DNA of 32,000 nt from Opitutales bacterium (GTDB lineage Bacteria; Verrucomicrobiota; Verrucomicrobiia; Opitutales; Coraliomargaritaceae). Each line of letters begins with the position of its first letter. The stretch's first letter is position 1. Below are positions 17,718 through 32,000 of this stretch, piece after piece. The stretch is taken from the NCBI GenBank assembly GCA_049606355.1, contig JBMYVL010000006.1:30001-62000 (forward strand). Reading direction: 5' to 3'. A program made the translations under genes and the position numbers. The notes under the pieces are model-generated. The model did not search any database, was not told where the DNA came from, and was given only the letters and a program-made list of their open reading frames with translations.

Positions 17718-18227
17718 ATGATTAAACAAACGCTCATTTTTCTAGCTACTGTGCTCGCGGGTTTTGTTGTCAGTGGCTGTGCTTCGTTTGAAGAAGGGTC
17801 GCGTCAAAACGTTCAGGTTCTATCCTTCCCTTCAGGTGCCAATCTGTTTGTCAATGGAGCGCCAATGGGGACGACGCCGGCTACGCTTTCATTGCCTCGT
17901 AAAATTGCACATGAGGTGCGACTTGAGAAGCCCGGCTATGCCACGGCCATTGACTATTTTAAGCCGGTTCCAAATACAAAAGGGGAAAGCTTTTTACGTT
18001 TTGGCTTAGAAGAAGATCTCGGTCATTATGTCGACCTGCAACCGAGGAGTATGCAGCTTCAACTGCGTAGCGAATTGGTACCGCACTCCACCGGAGCGGA
18101 TCCTTTTAAAACCATGGCTGAGCACACCCGTGAGGCAGATCGCCAACTGGAAGCCGGCAACATTACGGCTGAAGAGCACAAGTATATCATTGAGCAAATT
18201 ATCGCGTTCTTTGAAGCACAAGGCTAG
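17718..18227 (+). CDS. lipoprotein with PEGA domain and SHOCT-like C-terminal helix
   Basis: 169 aa with a signal peptide and lipobox (LAGFVVSG-C). The PEGA-type segment is VLSFPSGANLFVNGAPMGTTPATLSLPRKIAHEVRLEKPGYAT. The C-terminal QLEAGNITAEEHKYIIEQIIAFF resembles the SHOCT motif (G-I-T-x-E-E). Confidence 0.65.
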   Translation: MIKQTLIFLATVLAGFVVSGCASFEEGSRQNVQVLSFPSGANLFVNGAPMGTTPATLSLPRKIAHEVRLEKPGYATAIDYFKPVPNTKGESFLRFGLEEDLGHYVDLQPRSMQLQLRSELVPHSTGADPFKTMAEHTREADRQLEAGNITAEEHKYIIEQIIAFFEAQG

Positions 18228-18245
18228 GCAGCGCGGAGCAAATTC

Positions 18246-18626
18246 ATGAGCCAGTTACCGGACGATTTACTGTTTACCAAAGACCACGAGTGGCTGCGCA
18301 TACACGAAGATGGCACTGCCACCGTTGGTATTACGGATTACGCTCAGGAGAGCTTGGGTGACATCACCTTCGTCGAATTCCCGGAATTGGGCGCGAGCAT
18401 CGCTAGCGGCGAAACCTTTGGAGTCGTTGAATCGGTGAAGGCTGCCTCCGATCTCTACATGCCAGTGAGTGCGGAAATCTTAGCCTGCAACGATGCGGTC
18501 GATGCCACTCCCGAGCTCTTGAATAGCGATCCCTATGGTGAGGGGTGGTTGCTGAAGATTAAACTCTTAGAACCAGCTCAAGTCGCTGCGCTGCTGCAAG
18601 CTTCGGCTTACGCAGAGCTGATTTAA
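18246..18626 (+). CDS. gcvH: glycine cleavage system protein H (lipoyl carrier)
   Basis: 126 aa. Lipoyl-lysine motif VESVKAASDLY, with HEWL and GDITFVE context typical of GcvH. Confidence 0.9.
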   Translation: MSQLPDDLLFTKDHEWLRIHEDGTATVGITDYAQESLGDITFVEFPELGASIASGETFGVVESVKAASDLYMPVSAEILACNDAVDATPELLNSDPYGEGWLLKIKLLEPAQVAALLQASAYAELI

Positions 18627-18745
18627 GACGAGTGCCTACTGGGCCGTTTCATGGCGGCGACTCGATCACGGAGTGCCTTCGCACCTACAGGTAGCGACGT
18701 TTTTGGTTTTGGCTATGGCGTGATTTAAGCCGACAGCGGGTCGCG

Positions 18746-18751
18746 TATAAT
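18746..18751 (+). promoter_or_regulatory. candidate -10 hexamer (TATAAT) upstream of speA
   Basis: This is an exact TATAAT in the 188-nt gcvH-speA spacer, 64 nt before the speA ATG. No convincing -35 lies at 17 nt spacing, so support is weak. Confidence 0.25.
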
Positions 18752-18814
18752 TTGCTTTCTTCATGTGATTAAATCGGTCATGGTGCGCGGCTTTCTTGAT
18801 AGGTCGAAATCGAT

Positions 18815-20749
18815 GTGGACATGAAAGATGCTGAACAGATGCGACCCGGTTCAGACTGGGATACTTCCGCTGCCGAGCGTTACTATGGGTTGAAGCGCTG
18901 GGGCCGTGGGCACTTTTCAATCGATTCAGATGGCTTCATGCAGGTGCACCCGCAGCGAGATGCCCGCTCGATTCGTATTCATGATATTGTCGCCGAAGCC
19001 CTGGAAAAAGGGCATAAGCTACCTTTGACGATACGCATCCAAGATCTTCTGCGCACGCGAGTGGTTGAGTTAAACGAGCAGTTTAATGCGGCCATTAAAG
19101 GCGAAGGCTACGCGGGCAGCTACCGCGGCGTCTTCCCGATTAAGGTGAATCAATTGCGCGAAGTTGTTGAAGAGATTCAGGATGCCGGCAAGCCTTACCA
19201 CTTTGGCTTGGAGTGTGGCAGTAAGCCGGAACTGATGATTGCTTTGGCGATGCACAAAGACGCTCAATCACTGATTATCTGCAACGGCTACAAGGACGAT
19301 GCCTTTATTCGACTGGCACTTTTTGGACGCCGCATGGGTAAGGAAATTTATCTGGTTGTGGAGCAACTCAGCGAAGTGCCACGCATTATCCAGATCAGTC
19401 GTAAACTTGGAGTACAACCATTGATTGGATTTCGCATCAAACTGGCGACCGCTGGTGAGGGGAAGTGGGCCAGTTCTTCAGGCGAAGATGCCAAATTCGG
19501 TCTTACCAGCCCGGAAGTGATGGATGCTGCGCGCCGTCTGAAACGTGCCGGTATGGGCGACTGCCTCAAATTGATTCATTTTCATATCGGTTCTCAAGTT
19601 CCCAATATTCAAACGATCAAGAAGGCCACCGTCGAAGCCACGCGTTTTTATTGTGAGCTCTCGAAGCTCGGCTTCCCCATGCAACTGATTGATGTCGGTG
19701 GCGGCCTGGGTATCGACTATGATGGGTCCAGCAGTAATTATGAGAGTTCGATGAACTACACCTTACGTGAATATGCGCGGGATGTTGTTTATAATATTAA
19801 GTCCGTCTGCGAGTCGGCTGAGGTAAGTGTGCCCGACATTATCTCGGAGAGTGGACGTGCGATTGTGGCACCGCATTCAATTTTGGTCACGGAAGTGTGC
19901 GATCGTATCGCTAAAACATCGGTCGCCCCCAAAGTGAGTAAGCGTAAGCAGCGTAACCCGCTACTGCGCGACCTCGAAGCGATTCTGTTGAATGCCCACC
20001 AGTCGAGCCCGCTGGAGCGTTTTCATGATGCGCAGCAGAAGCGGGAAGAGGCAAACAACCTGTTTAATTTGGGCTATCTCGATCTCAGTGAGAAAGCGGA
20101 AGCGGATGCAACGTATTGGCAAATCTGTCAGGAACTATCGGAATTAGGTAAACAGGCGACCTACACACCGGAAGAGTTGGAAGCGCTCCCACCGCTCATG
20201 GCTGAGCAGTACGTTTGTAATTTTTCGGTGTTCCAATCGTTGATTGACCACTGGGCGTGCGACCAATTGTTCCCGATTGCACCCCTGCATCGCTTAAATG
20301 AAGCGCCAAGTGTGGATGCCACCTTGGTGGACATTACCTGCGACAGTGAGGGGAAGATCGATGCATTCACCGACATCGAAGATGTGCGCACGACCCTGCG
20401 CTTACACACGCTCAATAAAAAGCAGCCGTACTACCTGGGCGTGTTCCTGGTTGGCGCCTATCAGGATATCATGGGCGATTTGCACAATTTATTTGGTCGA
20501 GTGGACGAGGTGCATGTCTTCCTCGAGGATGATGAAGATGACGGGTTCTACATCGAGGACAGTATTAGAGGGTTCACGGTCAACGATGTGCTTGGCTTCA
20601 CGCAATACGATGGCCACATCTTAACCCGCATGATGAAAAAGCAGGTCGATCGTGCGACGAAAGCGGATCAGATCAAGCCACGCGAAGGCACTCGTATGCT
20701 CGCCGAATACAGTGAGTTGCTACAGGGGCAGACTTACCTGAGCACTTAA
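18815..20749 (+). CDS. speA: biosynthetic arginine decarboxylase (PLP-dependent)
   Basis: 644 aa. The PLP-lysine motif is GVFPIKVNQ. It also has HFHIGSQ and [10 protein letters not shown] motifs and the long C-terminal region typical of SpeA. The exact start is uncertain (M1, M3 or M9). Confidence 0.9.
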   Translation: MDMKDAEQMRPGSDWDTSAAERYYGLKRWGRGHFSIDSDGFMQVHPQRDARSIRIHDIVAEALEKGHKLPLTIRIQDLLRTRVVELNEQFNAAIKGEGYAGSYRGVFPIKVNQLREVVEEIQDAGKPYHFGLECGSKPELMIALAMHKDAQSLIICNGYKDDAFIRLALFGRRMGKEIYLVVEQLSEVPRIIQISRKLGVQPLIGFRIKLATAGEGKWASSSGEDAKFGLTSPEVMDAARRLKRAGMGDCLKLIHFHIGSQVPNIQTIKKATVEATRFYCELSKLGFPMQLIDVGGGLGIDYDGSSSNYESSMNYTLREYARDVVYNIKSVCESAEVSVPDIISESGRAIVAPHSILVTEVCDRIAKTSVAPKVSKRKQRNPLLRDLEAILLNAHQSSPLERFHDAQQKREEANNLFNLGYLDLSEKAEADATYWQICQELSELGKQATYTPEELEALPPLMAEQYVCNFSVFQSLIDHWACDQLFPIAPLHRLNEAPSVDATLVDITCDSEGKIDAFTDIEDVRTTLRLHTLNKKQPYYLGVFLVGAYQDIMGDLHNLFGRVDEVHVFLEDDEDDGFYIEDSIRGFTVNDVLGFTQYDGHILTRMMKKQVDRATKADQIKPREGTRMLAEYSELLQGQTYLST

Positions 20750-21324
20750 GGCCACTGCGGTGGATTTTGTAGTTCCGGTTTGAGCACCCCGATATGAGGA
20801 AGGTGTCGATAGCGCTCGGCAAAATCGAGCCCGTAGCCGACGACAAATGCATCGGGAATTTGGAAGCCGATAAAATCAGCTTCGAACTCAGTCTCGCGCG
20901 GTGTTTGCTTATCAAGCAGTACGCAGGTTTTTAACGACGCTGGCTGCATCTCGCGAATGATCTGCGAAATTTTTAAAAGCGTGCCGCCGGTATCGAGAAT
21001 GTCATCCACGAGCAGGACATCGACCCCCTTAAGGTTGAGGCGGATCTTATCAATAATTTCCGGAGCCTGTACGGGCGTGGTTTCATCTCGATAACTGGAG
21101 ACGCGGATCGTATCGAACTGCAGTGGCATCTTGATCTGACGCACCAGATCCGCGAGGAACAGAATCGCACCATTAATGATAGCGATCACCACCAACTCGC
21201 GACCTTGATAGGTATCGCTTATTTCTTGGCCCAACTCTTGGAGGCGCTGTTGCAACTGCGCTTCGGTGATTAGGATGCGCTCAAGGTCCTGGGAAGAGCC
21301 GTTGCTTGTATCCATAGATTCCAT
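20746..21324 (-). CDS. hpt: hypoxanthine(-guanine) phosphoribosyltransferase
   Basis: 192 aa. The PRPP-binding loop is [14 protein letters not shown], and the C-terminal [20 protein letters not shown] is typical of Hpt. Confidence 0.9.
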   Translation of the reverse strand: MESMDTSNGSSQDLERILITEAQLQQRLQELGQEISDTYQGRELVVIAIINGAILFLADLVRQIKMPLQFDTIRVSSYRDETTPVQAPEIIDKIRLNLKGVDVLLVDDILDTGGTLLKISQIIREMQPASLKTCVLLDKQTPRETEFEADFIGFQIPDAFVVGYGLDFAERYRHLPHIGVLKPELQNPPQWP

Positions 21325-21367
21325 ACGCTTACGTTGCAGTTACTTTCAGCGGAGTGCAAGTCGTCGC

Positions 21368-22717
<1,350 letters not shown>

Positions 22718-22915
22718 GCGCGCACCCTAGGTGAGCACCGCTGAAAGTGAAGATGAAAGTGCTGCAGGCCGCGTTTAACTGCGCCACAAGTCCTCTGATG
22801 GGCCAGTCAATCGGGTGAAAACCGATGCTTTACATGATCGTGACAAGCCCTAGCTTATTGCCTTTGTCGCGAGGGCCCCGCCACGACGGCATTGAATTTG
22901 TAAAATTTCACATTC

Positions 22916-24244
22916 ATGAAGCAACGCACCATTTTGAGGGAAGCCTCAATCAAGGGGAAATCCCTGCACACGGGCGAAGAAGTCCACCTCACGCTAAAGC
23001 CGGCACCGGAAAACCACGGCATCGTTTTTCGTCGGATCGATCTGTACGGCAAGCCGGAGCTCAAGCCTTTGGTCGACAGCGTTGAGGACCTCGTGCGGAG
23101 CACCACGATCGCGGATGGCCATACCAAAGTGCATACTGTGGAGCATGTGCTGAGTGCGCTCAACGGCTGTGGGGTGGATAATGTGCTGATTGAGATGGAT
23201 GCCAGTGAGCCGCCGATTCTGGATGGATCCGCGAAGCACTTCGTTAATTTGATTCAGGAAGCCGAGCCGGTGGAGCAGGAGGCTGAGCGCGAGTACTATG
23301 TCCTCGACGAGCCGATTTCCGTGACGCGTGGCAGCAGCTCGATTATCGCTTTGCCCTATGACGGCTTTCGCATCACCTGCACCTCCGCAGATGATCGCGG
23401 AATTCACACGCAGCACCTGATGCTGGATATCGATCCGGAGACCTATGTGGCACAAATTGCACCAGCGCGCACCTTCACGATATATGAGGACATTGAGGAG
23501 TTGCTTAAGTTAGGTAAGATCAAGGGTGGCAGTTTGGACAGTGCCATCGTGATTAAGGGTGACAAAATCGTCTCCAAGGAGCCCCTGCGCTTTAAGGACG
23601 AGTTCGTCCGCCACAAGATGCTCGATATCGTCGGAGATATCGTCCTGGCAGGCATGCCGATCAAAGCTCACATCGTTGGTGTACGTCCCGGCCATGCATT
23701 GAATGCTGAGCTGTCGCGAGCCTTGCGCAAAAAGATTCTCGAGAAGGTCAAGGGTCCGAAGAAGAGCGTCGAAGAAAGGGTCACCGTGAAAGCGCACGAG
23801 ACCCAGCTCGATATTCGGCGCGTCCTCGACATTCTGCCGCATCGCTACCCGTTTGTAATGGTCGATCGCGTGCTCGAATTCGTCAGTGATGAGGAGCTTG
23901 TTGCGCTCAAAAATGTCACGATCAACGAACCTTTCTTCCAGGGGCACTATCCTGGCCGCCCGGTTATGCCCGGCGTTCTGCAAATCGAGGCGATGGCACA
24001 GGCCGCAGGGATCCTACTGCTGCGGCGCTTACCAGTTGAAGAGAACAAAGTCGCCTTCTTTATGAGTGTCGACAAAGTCAAGTTCCGCCAAGCCGTAGAA
24101 CCGGGTGACTCGATCGAAATTCGGGTGAAATTAAATAAGATTCGTGGCAATAAAATCGCCACGGCAACCGGTGAGTGTCAGGTGAACGGCAAGACGGTAT
24201 CCGGTGCCGAACTCATGTTTATGTTGGCCGACGCCAACGATTAG
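22916..24244 (+). CDS. bifunctional UDP-3-O-acyl-GlcNAc deacetylase / 3-hydroxyacyl-ACP dehydratase (LpxC-FabZ fusion)
   Basis: 442 aa. The N-terminal ~280 aa are LpxC-like ([44 protein letters not shown]). The C-terminal ~150 aa are FabZ-like ([36 protein letters not shown]). Confidence 0.9.
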   Translation: MKQRTILREASIKGKSLHTGEEVHLTLKPAPENHGIVFRRIDLYGKPELKPLVDSVEDLVRSTTIADGHTKVHTVEHVLSALNGCGVDNVLIEMDASEPPILDGSAKHFVNLIQEAEPVEQEAEREYYVLDEPISVTRGSSSIIALPYDGFRITCTSADDRGIHTQHLMLDIDPETYVAQIAPARTFTIYEDIEELLKLGKIKGGSLDSAIVIKGDKIVSKEPLRFKDEFVRHKMLDIVGDIVLAGMPIKAHIVGVRPGHALNAELSRALRKKILEKVKGPKKSVEERVTVKAHETQLDIRRVLDILPHRYPFVMVDRVLEFVSDEELVALKNVTINEPFFQGHYPGRPVMPGVLQIEAMAQAAGILLLRRLPVEENKVAFFMSVDKVKFRQAVEPGDSIEIRVKLNKIRGNKIATATGECQVNGKTVSGAELMFMLADAND

Positions 24245-24252
24245 CCTTCACC

Positions 24253-25029
24253 ATGCCCAGCGCGATTCATCCCACCGCGATTATTGAGCCCGGTGCCGAA
24301 TTGGACGAAGGTGTCCGCGTCGGAGCCTATGCGTACATTGGTCCGCAGGTGCAGATCAGTAAGGGCACCGAAGTGATGCACCATGCGACGGTCGATGGCG
24401 CGACCCGTATGGGTGAGGATAACGAGGTCCACCCCTATGCTTATATTGGTGGCAAGACCCACGATAAGAAGTATCAGGGTGGGGTGCAGCGCTTGCATAT
24501 TGGTGCGGGCAATGTCTTCCGCGAGTACGTAACCGTGCATTGTGCGACCACCGAGGAGCTGCTGACCCAGGTGGGGGACAAGAACCTCATTCTCGCCTAC
24601 AGTCACATCGCGCACGAGTGCCACATCGGCAATCATTTGGTGATGAGTAGCCACGCCGCCCTCGGTGGGCACGTGGTCGTCGGGGACCATGTCAATATTG
24701 GCTGGGGAGTCGGGGTGCACCAGTTTTGCCGACTGGGCGATCACTGTATGGTTGGCGCGGCATCCAAAGTCGTTCAAGACGTGCCGCCTTATCTGATCAG
24801 TGATGGTAATCCGGCGGTGGCGCGTACCGTTAACAAGATCGGCTTGGAGCGCAACGGCTTCTCAAAAGAAGACATCGCGCAGGTGCGCCATGTCTTTAAG
24901 GTCTTTTATAAAGCGGGTTTTAATCGGAGCCAAGCGGTGGCACAGTTGGCCGCCGATCAAGCGATCGACCACCCCGTCGTAAAGACCTTCCTCGACTTCA
25001 CCGCGGACAGTGAGCGCGGGTTGAGCTAG
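24253..25029 (+). CDS. lpxA: acyl-ACP--UDP-N-acetylglucosamine O-acyltransferase
   Basis: The track ORF starts at 24175 inside lpxC-fabZ. Family-like sequence starts at the ATG at 24253 ([33 protein letters not shown]), giving 258 aa. It has left-handed beta-helix hexapeptide repeats and a helical C-terminal domain. Confidence 0.9.
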   Translation: MPSAIHPTAIIEPGAELDEGVRVGAYAYIGPQVQISKGTEVMHHATVDGATRMGEDNEVHPYAYIGGKTHDKKYQGGVQRLHIGAGNVFREYVTVHCATTEELLTQVGDKNLILAYSHIAHECHIGNHLVMSSHAALGGHVVVGDHVNIGWGVGVHQFCRLGDHCMVGAASKVVQDVPPYLISDGNPAVARTVNKIGLERNGFSKEDIAQVRHVFKVFYKAGFNRSQAVAQLAADQAIDHPVVKTFLDFTADSERGLS

Positions 25030-25080
25030 CGGCCGAAGCTGTTCTCGGGTGCCTGCAGTCTTTGCCCTGCGTGCTGGCAC

Positions 25081-25110
25081 AAAAAAAGCGGCCGCCTGTC
25101 GGCGACCGCT
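25081..25110 (-). terminator. rho-independent terminator downstream of pnp; its hairpin also follows lpxA on the other strand
   Basis: The minus-strand RNA is AGCGGUCGCC-GACA-GGCGGCCGCU followed by UUUUUUU. That gives a 10-bp stem with one G-U pair and a 4-nt loop. On the plus strand the same hairpin is followed only by TTGCTG, so termination in the lpxA direction would be weaker. Confidence 0.7.
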
Positions 25111-25137
25111 TTGCTGAAACTAGTTGGCTGCTGCTGA

Positions 25138-27303
<2,166 letters not shown>

Positions 27304-27489
27304 ACTAGTTTTTGTTATCTTTGACGTTCACGACAGTTCGGGGATCGGACCTTCAGTTGCCGCCAGCTCGTGAATCGAGCTTAGGAGAGAAAAAGGAGCG
27401 GAATAAACTCGGGGATGAGGCAGACTAAATCGACCAGCAAACTAAAGGTGTTGGCGATGGCTTCAAACATGGTTCGGGGCTTAGGGTAG

Positions 27490-27531
27490 AAAAGCAAAAT
27501 GCCGGACCTCGCTTGTACAAGATCCGGCATT
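27490..27531 (-). terminator. hairpin plus U-rich tail downstream of rpsO (terminator/attenuator ahead of pnp)
   Basis: On the minus strand AUGCCGGA (27506-27499) pairs with UCCGGCAU (27530-27523). The loop contains the self-complementary cttgtacaag, and UUUGCUUUU follows the stem. The position 14 nt after the rpsO stop fits the classical rpsO-pnp arrangement. Confidence 0.6.
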
Positions 27532-27544
27532 GAGACTTAAAAAC

Positions 27545-27817
<273 letters not shown>

Positions 27818-28045
27818 AGTTGGATGGTTTCTGTGCACGGCTTGTGGATTTCGAGTTGTCGAAACCGTCGAGACCGCCACTGAGCCGTCTCGACCGCTGG
27901 ACCCACCGGGCGGTGGGAAGCCATGGAACGGGCCCTTCGCAGGGCGCGCTCTAGCGCTGAAGGGCAGGACAATGGCTAGCCTCGCGAGCGGATCAAGGAA
28001 AAAGTTTGGCCCCACTGTGGCCCTGTGGCGCCGCGCGTATACGAC

Positions 28046-29995
28046 TCAAGACCCATGCGCTCGTTGCCAACGGGCCAATTGATACTCGGGCTGATCCACT
28101 GCTTGCGTCTCCAAAGCCAGATCGAGGAGCTCCCACGCTTGGGCGATTTGCCCGGTTTGGTATTCATGCTGCGCCATCCAGAAGAGAGTTGCGCACAGCT
28201 GTGCCCGCGCCGTGGCAGGAGTCTCGGCACGGCCGGCGAAGTCGAGGATGGCTTTGCGGCTAAGGTCGCGTAGGCAGTATGCGTAAAAGTAGCCCAACGG
28301 TAGCGAGTTGGCCGCATGGGGCTGCAGTTGCTCCAGCGCGCGACTCGGGCGGCTCCCCACCTGCAAACTGTAGTTCAGGTAGTGGGCACTGTCACGGGGC
28401 GTTGTACCGCAGTTTTTGAAATAGCGCTGCAAGGCGCTGTGTGCCGCTTCCGAGTCGTTGAGTGTATAGTAGAGCAGGGCTTGCCACAGGGCGAGGTCAC
28501 TGCGTTCCGGTTGGCGCTCGGCTGCAAGCGTCATCTGCGCGGCGGCGTCCGTCAGTTGTCCTTGCTGCAAATAACTGAGCGCCAGTGGATAGTGCAGTGC
28601 GTGCTGGCTCGGTGCGATCTGCAGCGCGGTTGTGTAATCGACCACCGCGGCATCCAGTAAACCGATCTGCCGCAGGCCTTCCCCGCGTAGCGCCAGCAGC
28701 TCGACCTGTTGCGGTTTGAGTTGCAGCGCCTCGGTGTAGGCACTGATGGCGCGCTCGAGCTGGCCGCAGGCTTGTTGCGCGCGCCCCAGCAGCGCCCAGA
28801 CCTCTGCGGTCGGGCGAAGACCACGTAGTGTCAATGCCTCGAGTAGGGGGACGGTGGGTTCGGCAAGTCCGACCTGTAACAAGGTTTGCGCCGCGCGGAC
28901 CGCTTCCTCCGGAGTTTCCGGCACGAAACCAGCCTCCATTGCCTGGGTTAACTCGCGTCGCGCTTCCGGCTCGCGCTGCAGTTGCGCGAGGCAGACGCCC
29001 CGGTAAAAGTGTAGGGATGGTGCCAAGCGGTTGCCGGCCGTGGCTTGCTGCTCGAGCGCGGCTTCGAACTGTGCGCGGGCGCGCCCGACGCGGTTTTGCC
29101 CCAGTGCGGCACGGCCACTCAAGTAGAGGGCAATGTCTGCCAGTTGTGGATCGCTGGCGATGGGCTCAATCAATGCATCTAAAGACCTCCAGTTCTCCTG
29201 CAGCGTGTACAGCGATGCCAGCAGGAGCCGCGCTTCGCGATTCTCCGGAGCATCACTCAGTAAGTTCTGTAGTGCCGTGGTCGCCGCCGGTACTTGACCG
29301 GTCTGGCTGAGCAAGCGCGCGCGCAACAGCTGCATGGCAACGCGTTGTTGCCGTTGCTCGCTGCTGGCACGAGCTTGCGGCTCCGCCAACGCGGCATCCA
29401 GCGTTGCGAGAGCTTGTTCGACTGCCCGTAAGTCGCTCGCTTCAGCCGTTAGTGCCCTCGCACCGCGCGGACTGGGCGCAGTTGACGCTCCCGAAGGATT
29501 GGCATGGGCCTCGTTGAGCAGCAGGCGAAGCAGTTCATTGGCCTTGTGTGCAGCAGGACTCTCGGCGGGAGCGCGCGCCACGACAGCGCGCGCGAGGGCG
29601 ATGGCATCTGCCTCCCGCTGCAATGCGCTTAGGATCAGTGCCTTGAGGAGGCTTGCTTCCAGATCCTCCGGCTGTAGTGCCAGCGCGTGGTCGACGCTGT
29701 CGAGCGCCGCCGTGGCAGCATCGCGGTCCAATTGCACCCGAGCCTTGAGCAGTTGCGCAGCAAAATGCTCGGGCTGCAGACGCAGGATCTCATCCACTTC
29801 GCGCAGCGCCCCCTCAGTATCACCGACCAAATAATTGCCCTGTGCCAAACCATAGATCAGTTGCACCCGCTTGTCGCTCCAGCTATCTGCTCCAGTAGCC
29901 GGCAGCCACAGTAAACTCAGCACAATATAAGCCCAACAATGTCGCCACAGCTCATGCTTGCCTCGCCCTGCACAATCCAGCCTAGCTAAGGACAT
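28046..29995 (-). CDS. exported tetratricopeptide-repeat (TPR) protein, Ala/Leu-rich
   Basis: 649 aa. The N-terminus has a basic n-region and a hydrophobic core (WAYIVLSLLWLPATGA-DS), consistent with a Sec signal peptide. The rest consists of many ~34-aa TPR-like units (for example GALREVDEILRLQPEHFAAQLLKARV and RAISAYTEALQLKPQQVELLALRGEG). Its ATG lies 3 nt after the stop of the upstream ATPase gene. Confidence 0.75.
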   Translation of the reverse strand: MSLARLDCAGRGKHELWRHCWAYIVLSLLWLPATGADSWSDKRVQLIYGLAQGNYLVGDTEGALREVDEILRLQPEHFAAQLLKARVQLDRDAATAALDSVDHALALQPEDLEASLLKALILSALQREADAIALARAVVARAPAESPAAHKANELLRLLLNEAHANPSGASTAPSPRGARALTAEASDLRAVEQALATLDAALAEPQARASSEQRQQRVAMQLLRARLLSQTGQVPAATTALQNLLSDAPENREARLLLASLYTLQENWRSLDALIEPIASDPQLADIALYLSGRAALGQNRVGRARAQFEAALEQQATAGNRLAPSLHFYRGVCLAQLQREPEARRELTQAMEAGFVPETPEEAVRAAQTLLQVGLAEPTVPLLEALTLRGLRPTAEVWALLGRAQQACGQLERAISAYTEALQLKPQQVELLALRGEGLRQIGLLDAAVVDYTTALQIAPSQHALHYPLALSYLQQGQLTDAAAQMTLAAERQPERSDLALWQALLYYTLNDSEAAHSALQRYFKNCGTTPRDSAHYLNYSLQVGSRPSRALEQLQPHAANSLPLGYFYAYCLRDLSRKAILDFAGRAETPATARAQLCATLFWMAQHEYQTGQIAQAWELLDLALETQAVDQPEYQLARWQRAHGS

Positions 29996-29998
29996 CGC

Positions 29999-31684
<1,686 letters not shown>

Positions 31685-31812
31685 TTGTTGCGGTGGCCGA
31701 ATGTCTGAGAACAGATGTGTAAGATGAACGAGCTAAGCGCAAGTTTGGAAAATAGCCCGATTACTTGCAGGCGATTGGATGGCCGTCGTGCTCGGATCGG
31801 GTGGCTTCGAGA

Positions 31813-32000
31813 TCAGTCCCAATAGTCGTCCCCGTAATTGAAGAACAATTCCTCGCCCGGTAGGATGCGTCGCAGGGCTTCGAAACGTGCGGTTTTCCAG
31901 CGCGTCGAGACCACCAAAAAGAGGTTGGGGTTGGAGCTGTGGTTGATGTAGCGCGTGTAGTTGGCCCGTGGTCCTTCGCCGATCAGGATGTGGGTGCGAC
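31813..32000 (-). CDS. SET-domain protein (putative protein-lysine N-methyltransferase), C-terminal 62 codons only; 5' end beyond the right edge
   Basis: Not in the supplied track because it is edge-truncated. My translation of the minus strand from 31998 to the stop at 31813-31815 is [61 protein letters not shown]. It contains the SET signatures (R/Y)xNHSxxPN and GEELxFxYG. No in-frame stop occurs in the 62 codons. Confidence 0.75.
   Translation of the reverse strand, partial: RTHILIGEGPRANYTRYINHSSNPNLFLVVSTRWKTARFEALRRILPGEELFFNYGDDYWD

Noticed and set aside
18627-18680. Imperfect stem cgagtgcc...ggcgactcg after gcvH as a terminator.
   Set aside because: The stem needs a bulge and is not followed by a U-tract, so the evidence is insufficient.
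24175-24252. A 26-codon N-terminal extension of lpxA overlapping the end of lpxC-fabZ.
   Set aside because: The LpxA hexapeptide-repeat sequence starts at [11 protein letters not shown] (ATG at 24253), and the extension is Arg-rich with no similarity.
27818-28015. A 66-codon N-terminal extension of the rpsO ORF as listed in the track (156 aa).
   Set aside because: S15 proteins are about 90 aa, and homology-like sequence starts at the ATG at 27817. The extension is Pro/Gly/Arg-rich and coincides with hairpin-rich leader DNA.
28316-29834. Several plus-strand ORFs of 86-166 aa (28316..28660, 28828..29310, 29334..29834) inside the TPR gene.
   Set aside because: They are antisense to Ala/Leu-rich codons (GCN/CTG), which automatically gives open Ser/Arg/Ala/Cys-rich frames. 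They are compositional artefacts.

Overview
This is a gene-dense, mostly housekeeping chromosomal segment of roughly 55% GC by eye. I call 25 protein-coding genes and find no rRNA, tRNA, CRISPR array, IS or transposase, integrase or prophage signal. Two real genes run off the window edges and are missing from the supplied ORF track, which lists only stop-closed ORFs. One is an AddB-like PD-(D/E)XK nuclease (1..2601, minus). The other is the C-terminus of a SET-domain methyltransferase (31813..32000, minus). Gene order, with strand in brackets: AddB-like nuclease, small TPR protein and DinG helicase (-); P1B-4 heavy-metal ATPase (+); DUF456 (-); lysS (+); yhaM-like, yhbY, thrS, SMP-30 lactonase and cysS (-); hemB (+); CNNM transporter (-); PEGA lipoprotein, gcvH and speA (+); hpt and ffh (-); lpxC-fabZ fusion and lpxA (+); pnp, rpsO, exported TPR protein, GspE/PilB-like ATPase and SET (-). 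The LpxC-FabZ fusion, a bacterial SET protein and start codons without Shine-Dalgarno motifs suggest a PVC or FCB-type Gram-negative lineage, possibly Verrucomicrobiota. That placement is low confidence and cannot be verified here. I see no clear defence island or mobile accessory region. The most interesting items are: (1) a perfect 43-nt palindrome that overlaps the ATPase start codon and has a Fur/PerR-like 7-1-7 core; (2) a dinG, TPR and addB-like helicase-nuclease gene string; (3) an orphan GspE-like secretion ATPase translationally coupled to a 649-aa exported TPR protein next to a SET-domain gene; (4) a hairpin-rich 228-nt leader upstream of rpsO. All functional calls rest on motifs I read in the translations. 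No database search was run.
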